Virus record (IMG/VR): IMGVR_UViG_3300047557_003310
Coordinates: 32,001-96,000 of that record
DNA: 64,000 bases
Reading direction: 5' to 3' (one strand)
DNA from: a virus
A program made the translations under genes and the position numbers. Below the pieces are notes generated by a model. The model had not been told where the DNA came from. It saw only the letters and a program-made list of their open reading frames with translations, and did not search any database. Below are positions 50,495 through 57,032 of this stretch, one piece after another (position 1 is the first letter of the stretch; each line of letters begins with the position of its first letter).

Positions 50495-50519
50495 CAAATT
50501 CTAAATAATCACTTATAAT
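50491..50519 (+). promoter_or_regulatory. perfect sigma70 promoter with internal TAAATA
   Basis: TTGACA-17-TATAAT. Confidence 0.8.
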
Positions 50520-50571
50520 GTAAAATCCCTATTATGAGTAGGGTCTTTGTTATGAGATTTTGAGTGCGATT

Positions 50572-50637
50572 TAGAGCCGTGGGTACTGCCCCTGAGAAGG
50601 GGAAATTCTCCTTTACCTATACGGATGTAGAGTTCTA
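50572..50637 (+). ncRNA. candidate structured leader RNA of the lysozyme gene
   Basis: TAGAGC/GTTCTA, CCGTGGGTA/TACCTATACGG and CCCCT-GAGA-AGGGG stems; GC-rich in an AT-rich context. Confidence 0.5.
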
Positions 50638-50646
50638 TTAAAATTA

Positions 50647-51312
50647 ATGCAATTTATCTTTACAGTAGCCATGCCTCTATTGGCAACGGTTACAACCACT
50701 ACGGCAACACTGCCATTCGTCAACTATAAGATGCAAGGGCCACCTCCTCCTGTTACAGGACAAGTGCCCTTTTCTATTATCAAAGAGTTTGATCTTGTAG
50801 ATGAAAAGAAGACAGCAATCCGCGAGGTTGCGCCACCAAAGCCAAAAGAGAACCGGCTAATTTGTAAAGGGTGTAATGAACATGAGAATGCTACCCTGGC
50901 ATTTTTCCAGGATCGTGGTATTAAAGACAGAAACGCCCTTGCTACCATCATGGGTAATATCCGTCAGGAATCAACTTTTATTCCTAACATTTGTGAGGGT
51001 GGTAGTAGGACTCAGTATCATAACTGCGGTCGTGGTTATGGTCTGATTCAATGGACATCTTCCGATCGTTATTATGGATTGGGTGATTTTGCTAAGAAGT
51101 TTGGTGGTTCTCCATCAGCACTTCCAACGCAACTTCGTTATCTAACAACTGAGGTTCAATGGAGACGAATCGAAGACAGGATGAAAGTCCCTGGAAAGTC
51201 TATCGATCGTTACATGGACTATGCATATAGTTGGATTGGTTGGGGACATCATGGTGCTCGTACATCATATGCACATGACTACGCTAACCGACTGATCACA
51301 GTAAAAGTTTGA
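50647..51312 (+). CDS. phage tail-type lysozyme with N-terminal signal-like segment
   Basis: ATIMGNIRQES, GYGLIQWT, QLRYL. Confidence 0.8.
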   Translation: MQFIFTVAMPLLATVTTTTATLPFVNYKMQGPPPPVTGQVPFSIIKEFDLVDEKKTAIREVAPPKPKENRLICKGCNEHENATLAFFQDRGIKDRNALATIMGNIRQESTFIPNICEGGSRTQYHNCGRGYGLIQWTSSDRYYGLGDFAKKFGGSPSALPTQLRYLTTEVQWRRIEDRMKVPGKSIDRYMDYAYSWIGWGHHGARTSYAHDYANRLITVKV

Positions 51313-51317
51313 TATAT

Positions 51318-51342
51318 AAAGGGAGTAATTCTACTCCCTTTT
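51318..51342 (+). terminator. intrinsic terminator
   Basis: AAAGGGAGTA...TACTCCCTTTT. Confidence 0.8.
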
Positions 51343-51345
51343 CTT

Positions 51346-51642
51346 ATGTCAATAGATAATCTTCCAGATTCGGAACAAGACGCAGTAGATATAATTGCTA
51401 AAGCAGGGTATTTAAAGGCATCTAATGATAAATTGGAAGTATCATTAGAATCATCAAATACAATTAACATTCAACCTAAAGGGAATGTATTTGGTGCAAA
51501 AATTAAAGTAGAAGAAAATGGAGATATAACACCTATATTAACATTTGACACAAAAAAACTTCGTGATAAAAAAGATAGAATTGATGTGGAAGGAACAGTA
51601 GATGCGGCTTTAAAAGATTTTTGGGAAAATCAAAATGTTTAA
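51346..51642 (+). CDS. hypothetical protein
   Basis: ORF track. Confidence 0.65.
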   Translation: MSIDNLPDSEQDAVDIIAKAGYLKASNDKLEVSLESSNTINIQPKGNVFGAKIKVEENGDITPILTFDTKKLRDKKDRIDVEGTVDAALKDFWENQNV

Positions 51643-52075
51643 AATCTTTGAAGTTAAAGAAGGAAAATTAAAAGTTTTACCGTCCATACGAATAAAAAAT
51701 ATTAAAGGATTTTTTATTGGTTCTATAGTTATTATAATAATTGCTTCTTTATCTGGTTGGATGAATATCAATGAAAAAGATTTGTGGAAGATATATCATC
51801 TTCTGATTGAAAGATTAAATTTAAAACAAGAGATCCCAGAAATAATTGATAATCAAAAAAGAATAGATGCAAAAGTAGAACTTGAAGTTGAATCAGCATT
51901 GACGAAAGTTACCCCAGAGTATGATAGAATCATACAAGATGCAGACAAAAAGTACAAACCTATATACAGTGAACTTGACATAGATGAATCAGTGTGCTAC
52001 ACTGATGAATGTAAATCACTTGGTGGGGAAATGCGGTTATGTGCTCCATGGGTTGACAGCTGCACGAAACATTGA
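51635..52075 (+). CDS. membrane-anchored hypothetical with C-terminal Cys motif
   Basis: TM segment; CYTDECKSLGGEMRLCAPWVDSC. Confidence 0.7.
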   Translation: MFKIFEVKEGKLKVLPSIRIKNIKGFFIGSIVIIIIASLSGWMNINEKDLWKIYHLLIERLNLKQEIPEIIDNQKRIDAKVELEVESALTKVTPEYDRIIQDADKKYKPIYSELDIDESVCYTDECKSLGGEMRLCAPWVDSCTKH

Positions 52076-52088
52076 TATACTTCTTACA

Positions 52089-52172
52089 TCCTCGTTTGGC
52101 GTAATCGGTAGCCGCAGCGGTCTCAAAAACCGCTTCTGAAAGGAGTCCCAGTTCGAGTCTGGGAACGAGGAC
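52089..52172 (+). tRNA. tRNA-Leu(CAA)
   Basis: Acceptor TCCTCGT/ACGAGGA, anticodon arm GCGGT-CTCAAAA-ACCGC, long variable arm, GTTCGAG T-loop; no CCA. Confidence 0.88.
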
Positions 52173-52210
52173 TTGACAATTTTGACTTTATGTCTTATGA
52201 TTGTCTTATG
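52171..52210 (+). promoter_or_regulatory. repeated promoter cassette, copy 1
   Basis: ACTTGACAAT...TATGATTGTCTTATG; TTGACA-17-TATGAT. Confidence 0.75.
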
Positions 52211-52291
52211 GGTAGGTGTCCGAGTGGTTAATGGAGGCGGACTGTAAATCCGCTGGCTCTGCCTACGGGGGTTCAAATCCCTCCCTGCCCA
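52210..52291 (+). tRNA. tRNA-Tyr(GTA)
   Basis: GCGGA-CTGTAAA-TCCGC arm, variable arm, GTTCAAATC. Confidence 0.95.
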
Positions 52292-52330
52292 CTTGACAAT
52301 CAAATCCTTAACTGGTATGATTGTCTTATG
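52291..52330 (+). promoter_or_regulatory. repeated promoter cassette, copy 2
   Basis: ACTTGACAAT...TATGATTGTCTTATG. Confidence 0.75.
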
Positions 52331-52407
52331 AGCAACGGAGGTCCACACTTCGTATAAGTCTCACCCCTCCCATGCCTCTCAACGATGCACAAACAGGGAG
52401 GTCTCTT

Positions 52408-52480
52408 GGGCAAGTAGCATAATGGATAATGCAGCATCCTTCTAAGATGTCGATTGGGGGTTCGAGTCCCTCCTTGCCTG
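52408..52480 (+). tRNA. tRNA-Arg(TCT)
   Basis: GCATC-CTTCTAA-GATGT arm; GGTTCGAGTCC. Confidence 0.93.
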
Positions 52481-52590
52481 TTGGAGATTATCTCCATATA
52501 TAAAAGTGATAGAGGGTAAGTCCCTGTTATATCCTTATGAGGTATATCACACTTACTCCATCTCATTTAAATATTGTATTTTCTTAAATC

Positions 52591-52782
52591 ATGGCAAAAA
52601 ACAAAACAATCAACACTTCTTATGATCTTGGTTATTCTGCCAGGAATGAAAATCATGATACAATTCGTGATATTCGAATTAATTTTGAAAATCCTGATAG
52701 TGAATTTCTTATGGAGAATCTAAATACTTGGCTTCGAGCAATTGGTGTTGATCTTGAGGTTGTAGTAAAGAAGGTGGTTTGA
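52591..52782 (+). CDS. hypothetical protein
   Basis: ORF track. Confidence 0.65.
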   Translation: MAKNKTINTSYDLGYSARNENHDTIRDIRINFENPDSEFLMENLNTWLRAIGVDLEVVVKKVV

Positions 52783-52788
52783 TTTATC

Positions 52789-52908
52789 TAGTCCCAGCGA
52801 CACCGTTGGTAACGGTCTTGCAGTGGTGGTGCCACGCGATCCAGAAGGAGATTAATCTCTGAGGTAGGCGTATCAAAACTTAAGGTTCGAATCCTTATGC
52901 TGGGACTA
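52789..52908 (+). ncRNA. oversized tRNA-like RNA without a canonical anticodon arm
   Basis: Terminal stem TAGTCCCAGC/GCTGGGACTA, D-like ACCG-TTGGTAA-CGGT, T-arm TAAGG-TTCGAAT-CCTTA. Confidence 0.65.
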
Positions 52909-52926
52909 ATAAATGATTTTATTAAC

Positions 52927-52965
52927 ACTTGACAATTAAACTTAAATAGTTTATAATTGTCTCAT
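52927..52965 (+). promoter_or_regulatory. repeated promoter cassette, copy 3
   Basis: ACTTGACAAT...TATAATTGTCTCAT; TTGACA-17-TATAAT. Confidence 0.8.
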
Positions 52966-52967
52966 AA

Positions 52968-53038
52968 GCGGGTATAGTTTAGGGGTAAAATGCCATCCTT
53001 CCAAGTTGGAGTCACCGGTTCGATTCCGGTTACCCGCT
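52968..53038 (+). tRNA. tRNA-Gly(TCC)
   Basis: GCGGGTA/TACCCGC acceptor, CTTCCAA loop, GGTTCGATTCC. Confidence 0.93.
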
Positions 53039-53089
53039 CTGAACCTTCGGGTTCTATAAATAATGGTAGAACAATAAAACTTCTACCAA

Positions 53090-53392
53090 ATGCCAAAAGA
53101 AACTAGAACTTATGCTGATCGTAGAGAAGCAAACAAAGCAAGCGTTATTAAACGACGCAAGCAAAACAAACTTCTTTTGGTAGAATATAAAGGTGGCAAG
53201 TGTGAAAGATGTGGATATGATAAGTGCGTCTCTGCCTTAGAATTTCATCATCTCGACCCCACTACCAAGGAAACTAAAAACCTTGGGACCACCGCTGCCA
53301 TCGAAAAACAGAAGGCAGAAGCAGATAAATGTATTCTTGTATGTGCTAACTGCCATCGAGAAATACATTACGAACAATATAATGGGGTGTAG
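53090..53392 (+). CDS. HNH endonuclease inserted between tRNA genes
   Basis: CERC..LEFHH..CILVCANCHREIH; TATAAATA at 53055-53062. Confidence 0.88.
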   Translation: MPKETRTYADRREANKASVIKRRKQNKLLLVEYKGGKCERCGYDKCVSALEFHHLDPTTKETKNLGTTAAIEKQKAEADKCILVCANCHREIHYEQYNGV

Positions 53393-53455
53393 CTCAGCGG
53401 TAGTAGCGGGATGCTGTTAACATCTAGGTCGCAGGTTCGATCCCTGCCGCCCCAG
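53383..53455 (+). tRNA. tRNA-Asn(GTT)
   Basis: GGATG-CTGTTAA-CATCT arm; GGTTCGATCCC. Confidence 0.93.
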
Positions 53456-53660
53456 TTGGAAGGTCTGGAAATGTCTGATTCTATCATAAGAGTCGGGATC
53501 ATCATATCCGACTCACGAAATCCTAAGTTTTCTTAGGTCGGGGACTTGATCACCCCTGCTCGTATTGTAGGTGCCAAAACCTCTCCCCAGGTCGATGTTT
53601 AAACTGGTGCTTGGGTGAATGTCAAGAGTGGGGACATAGGTAAAGTTTCCAACACCTACC
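53456..53660 (+). ncRNA. candidate structured ncRNA(s)
   Basis: Multiple GC-rich stems and no credible ORF. Confidence 0.45.
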
Positions 53661-53664
53661 ACAA

Positions 53665-53736
53665 CCTCTGGTAGTCTATTGGTAAGGACGGGTGGACAAC
53701 ACACATGGAAACTAGGTTCGATTCCTAGACAGAGGC
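53665..53736 (+). tRNA. atypical/pseudo-tRNA with non-canonical anticodon arm
   Basis: CCTCTG/CAGAGG acceptor, TAGTCTATTGGTAAGGAC D-arm, CTAGG-TTCGATT-CCTAG T-arm; no 5-bp/7-nt anticodon arm. Confidence 0.6.
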
Positions 53737-53750
53737 TTAAGTATTTTTAT

Positions 53751-53777
53751 AACTCACCTTGTAAAAGGTGAGTTTTT
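53751..53777 (+). terminator. terminator ending the tRNA transcript
   Basis: AACTCACCTT-GTAA-AAGGTGAGTTTTT. Confidence 0.85.
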
Positions 53778-53819
53778 CTTGTATAAATAATAAGATCTAA
53801 AAATACATCATGAGAAAAA

Positions 53820-54071
53820 ATGTTAAAGATAAGATGCAAAGAGTGCAATACTGAAGTTTCTGCACATCCTGGACAATCCAAATCATGTGGATGTCCAAAT
53901 ATGGCTACAATCAAGGGAGATAAAATATCTGCACTAGATTTGTCTAAGATAGTTATGTTGAATTCTTATGTACAAAAGGAATCCAACAGAGTTTTAACTA
54001 ACGAAGATATTATGTGGCAAGAGGCAAGACGCCAAAGAAAAGTTCGTAAATTGGATTTTGAAGTTCGTTAA
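53820..54071 (+). CDS. small Cys-rich (zinc-ribbon-like) protein
   Basis: CKEC...CGCPN; TATAAATA at 53782-53789. Confidence 0.75.
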   Translation: MLKIRCKECNTEVSAHPGQSKSCGCPNMATIKGDKISALDLSKIVMLNSYVQKESNRVLTNEDIMWQEARRQRKVRKLDFEVR

Positions 54072-54079
54072 TAGAGTAA

Positions 54080-54161
54080 AGAGGATAGCACTAATGGTTA
54101 GTAACACGCCTTGAAAGCGTGGCCAGGTTCACGCCTGATGGTTCGATTCCATTATTCTCTG
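54080..54161 (+). tRNA. tRNA-Ser(TGA)
   Basis: CACGC-CTTGAAA-GCGTG arm, long variable arm, GGTTCGATTCC. Confidence 0.85.
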
Positions 54162-54183
54162 TTAATAAATAGCTAAAAAACTC

Positions 54184-54555
54184 ATGAGATTTAAAGAGTT
54201 TCTTGCTGAATCAAAAAAGGTTCAAGTTAAAGATTTTATGCATTTTGTAAAAGATGAACTTGGATTGCCATCATTACCAAAAGTAATTATAATAGATGAC
54301 CCACAGTTTTCTATTGACAATAAGACATTTGGTTGTTTTAATTTAGGTAGTGATGAAATTAAAGTTCAAATAGCACAGAGACATCCATTGGATGTGTACA
54401 GAACACTTGCACATGAACTTGTTCATTATCACCAAAAACAAAGTGGTAAAGAAATGAGTGGTGAAGATGGATCTGAGTGTGAAAATGAAGCTAATTCTTT
54501 AGCAGGAGTTCTGTTAAGAAAGTACACAAAAGGTATCAAAAATCACGGTTATTGA
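54184..54555 (+). CDS. HExxH metallopeptidase-like protein with capsid-targeting-like N-terminus
   Basis: MRFKEFLAES; TLAHELVHYHQ...ENEA. Confidence 0.75.
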   Translation: MRFKEFLAESKKVQVKDFMHFVKDELGLPSLPKVIIIDDPQFSIDNKTFGCFNLGSDEIKVQIAQRHPLDVYRTLAHELVHYHQKQSGKEMSGEDGSECENEANSLAGVLLRKYTKGIKNHGY

Positions 54556-54584
54556 TTGATTTGTTTTTGTATCAAGACAAATAG

Positions 54585-54612
54585 TTGACATTAAGAAGTT
54601 ACTAGTTATAAT
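54585..54612 (+). promoter_or_regulatory. sigma70-type promoter for the micro-ORF/gnd operon
   Basis: TTGACA-16-TATAAT. Confidence 0.7.
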
Positions 54613-54636
54613 TACTTATTATGTGCCACTGTTTCA

Positions 54637-54786
54637 ATGGATAGTAGAACATTTGAAAACTGGGTTAAAATAAAAAATACATTTGAACAGTCTGGTAATA
54701 CAGATAATATGTTTTATAAAAGAGCATGTGAAATTGTAAAAACTGGTAAGGATCCCTTAGCGAAATTTCTTGGAGATGAAAAATGA
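54637..54786 (+). CDS. 49-aa hypothetical (not in ORF track)
   Basis: MDSRTFENWVKIKNTFEQSGNTDNMFYKRACEIVKTGKDPL...; ATGA overlap with the next ORF. Confidence 0.7.
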   Translation: MDSRTFENWVKIKNTFEQSGNTDNMFYKRACEIVKTGKDPLAKFLGDEK

Positions 54787-54986
54787 TGGAACCTCCCGAC
54801 GAATTTATTACTCGTTCAGAAGTTCAGGAGATGATTGATGCTGCTATACGAAGACACAACCGTAATGCTTCTATCATTAGCATGTGCGTCGGTTGGGTGG
54901 TTCTTGCTCTATTTGCTGAGGGATTACTAAGACTTATTGGTGTTATTCCACCTTTATTTCCATGGTTTAATATTTCTTTAATCTAA
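54783..54986 (+). CDS. small membrane protein
   Basis: TM segment IISMCVGWVVLALFAEGLL. Confidence 0.7.
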   Translation: MMEPPDEFITRSEVQEMIDAAIRRHNRNASIISMCVGWVVLALFAEGLLRLIGVIPPLFPWFNISLI

Positions 54987-55099
54987 TGATAACAATTACA
55001 GAAAAAGATTTAAAACAACTACAAGAAATAATTTTAAGACAAAAAATGGAAGAACTTTTCGAAGAACCGTCATCTTATGAGGATGAAGAATATGAATAG
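54986..55099 (+). CDS. 37-aa acidic peptide (not in ORF track)
   Basis: TAATG coupling; MITITEKDLKQLQEIILRQKMEELFEEPSSYEDEEYE. Confidence 0.55.
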   Translation: MITITEKDLKQLQEIILRQKMEELFEEPSSYEDEEYE

Positions 55100-55178
55100 T
55101 TTAATATTAAATACTATAATAATATTTGGACTTGTTGGAATATTTCTTTATTGGGGACTCAATAGTGCGTATCAATAA
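55092..55178 (+). CDS. 28-aa single-TM peptide (not in ORF track)
   Basis: MNSLILNTIIIFGLVGIFLYWGLNSAYQ; stop overlaps next ATG (TAATG). Confidence 0.55.
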   Translation: MNSLILNTIIIFGLVGIFLYWGLNSAYQ

Positions 55179-55384
55179 TGAAAAAAGAACACGAATGCTG
55201 GAATTTTGTAATGTCATCATTTGCTAGGTTGTATGGGGTTAAGAAAGTTATAAGTGAAGAAAAGTTTCATGAGATTGCACTTCAGTGGTGTGATGATCAT
55301 GATTATGTTTGCGATATTCACTTGGATAGTTTGGCTAAAGTTGATACATACTTCAGGAAAATTTACGAGGATTGGGAAAAATGA
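55178..55384 (+). CDS. hypothetical protein
   Basis: ORF track; coupled to gnd by ATGA. Confidence 0.65.
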   Translation: MKKEHECWNFVMSSFARLYGVKKVISEEKFHEIALQWCDDHDYVCDIHLDSLAKVDTYFRKIYEDWEK

Positions 55385-56403
55385 GAGTAGGATTGATTGG
55401 ACTGGGACGAATGGGCGAAGGAATGTCTCGTCGTATGATGAAAGCAGGAATAGAAGTTTGGGGGTATCGTAGAAACTATGAAAAAGCAAACAAAGCGTAT
55501 GAAAACGGATATGTTAATGGTATTACAACTTCTATACAAAGCCTTGTTCAAGTAGTTAAAGGAAATAATAAACCAGGCATTTTTCAAATGGTTGTGCCGG
55601 CAGAAACAGTAGAGGAAACGATTAATGAGTTACTACGATATTGTAGTGAAGGAGATATTATTATTGATCATGGCAATAGCAATTTTAAAGACAGTCGGAA
55701 GAGAGCAGAACGTCTGGCAAAAGTTGGTATCGAATATATTGATTGTGGCACTAGCGGTGGTGTTTATGGTTTGGATCGTGGATACTGTCTTATGGTTGGA
55801 GGTGGAAATACTGCAGTCGCCACTTGTGCGAGCATTTTTGATGCCCTCGCTCCAGGAATCAATGCTGCCCCAAGGACTCAATTTAACTCGGATGTAACAT
55901 CTGCAGAGTTTGGTTGGTTACATTGTGGGGGTCCAGGTGCAGGACATTTTGTAAAGATGGTGCATAATGGTATTGAGTATGGCATTATGCAAGCATATGC
56001 AGAAGGATTTAACATCATCAAGAACGCTAATGCAGGTGCTCAGTATGTCAGAGAAGGAGATGCAGAGGTTGCCCCTATGGCAGATCCAGAAAGTTACTGC
56101 TATGATATTGACGTTGCTGAGGTTGCTGAGTTATGGCGTCGCGGTAGCGTGGTTGGGTCTTGGTTACTTGACCTTACTGCTGATGTGCTACGCAGGGATG
56201 GTAGCCTTAAACAGTTCTCTGGAGGTGTATCCGACAGCGGTGAGGGTCGTTGGACTGTTTCTGCCGCTGTGGACTTGGGGGTTCCCGCTCCTGTCATTAC
56301 TACTGCACTATTTGAAAGATTTAACTCACGCAATCTCGGATCGTTCGGAGCAAAGATTCTAAATGGTATGAGATATATGTTTGGCGGTCATCATGTAAGA
56401 TAA
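55381..56403 (+). CDS. gnd: 6-phosphogluconate dehydrogenase (auxiliary metabolic gene)
   Basis: GLIGLGRMG, DCGTSGG, AGHFVKMVHNGIEYG, DSGEGRW, FGGH. Confidence 0.96.
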   Translation: MRVGLIGLGRMGEGMSRRMMKAGIEVWGYRRNYEKANKAYENGYVNGITTSIQSLVQVVKGNNKPGIFQMVVPAETVEETINELLRYCSEGDIIIDHGNSNFKDSRKRAERLAKVGIEYIDCGTSGGVYGLDRGYCLMVGGGNTAVATCASIFDALAPGINAAPRTQFNSDVTSAEFGWLHCGGPGAGHFVKMVHNGIEYGIMQAYAEGFNIIKNANAGAQYVREGDAEVAPMADPESYCYDIDVAEVAELWRRGSVVGSWLLDLTADVLRRDGSLKQFSGGVSDSGEGRWTVSAAVDLGVPAPVITTALFERFNSRNLGSFGAKILNGMRYMFGGHHVR

Positions 56404-56483
56404 ACATAGGAATTAATAAAATGTTTCATTTAGTGGAAACTCTTGCGGCAAGCCCATTTTTTCTTTTTCTTTGTGGGATGGGG

Positions 56484-56512
56484 TTGACAGTCGTTCCTTT
56501 TGCCGGTATAAT
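56484..56512 (+). promoter_or_regulatory. sigma70 promoter for tRNA-Pro
   Basis: TTGACA-17-TATAAT. Confidence 0.8.
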
Positions 56513-56534
56513 GTACATACATAATAAGAAATAA

Positions 56535-56609
56535 CGGGATGTAGCTCAGCTTGGATAGAGTGTCGCTTTTGGGAAGCGAAAGTCGCAGATTCGAATTCTG
56601 TCATCCCGA
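56535..56609 (+). tRNA. tRNA-Pro(TGG)
   Basis: CGGGATG/CATCCCG acceptor, TCGCT-TTTGGGA-AGCGA arm. Confidence 0.93.
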
Positions 56610-56633
56610 CTCATATAACCTCACTTCATAAAA

Positions 56634-56852
56634 ATGAAAGAACTAGATCAATTACAATCATATACTGTGCAGCAATTCCAAGATGAATTTGATACTCTTA
56701 TGGAGAGAGTAGAAAATGGTGAATCTTTTATTATAAAAGATGGTAAAAACAGTGCCGTCATAGTTCCATATAATGAAACTATACTAATGTCTGTAGACTC
56801 AATTCATGATGATATTGTAAAAATTCACACAGACCATGAAGAAGCAAGTTGA
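56634..56852 (+). CDS. Phd/YefM antitoxin-like protein
   Basis: YTVQQFQDEFDTLMERVENGESFIIKDGKNSAVIVP matches the Phd N-terminal pattern. Confidence 0.65.
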   Translation: MKELDQLQSYTVQQFQDEFDTLMERVENGESFIIKDGKNSAVIVPYNETILMSVDSIHDDIVKIHTDHEEAS

Positions 56853-56858
56853 AATGAC

Positions 56859-56887
56859 TTGACAAACAAAACCTGATATGCTATATT
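56859..56887 (+). promoter_or_regulatory. sigma70 promoter for tRNA-Ile
   Basis: TTGACA-17-TATATT. Confidence 0.7.
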
Positions 56888-56897
56888 AGGTTATATT

Positions 56898-56971
56898 GGG
56901 AGCGTAGCTCAACTGGTCAGAGCACAGACCTTATAAGTCTGGGGTTCTGGGTTCAAGCCCCAGCGTTCCCA
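56898..56971 (+). tRNA. tRNA-Ile(TAT)
   Basis: CAGAC-CTTATAA-GTCTG arm; GGGAGCG/CGTTCCC acceptor. Confidence 0.9.
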
Positions 56972-57032
56972 TAGACAGTAAAAGCTGTCTTTCATTCACA
57001 ATCAATTATAGTTACTAGATCAATCAACTCAA

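Noticed and set aside
52789-52908. tRNA-Sec or tmRNA
   Set aside because: No TCA anticodon loop; no Ala-type acceptor with CCA or tag reading frame
52037-53704. - strand ORFs 52037-52348, 52300-52566 and 53513-53704
   Set aside because: Antisense to tRNAs and structured RNAs; no motif, SD or promoter
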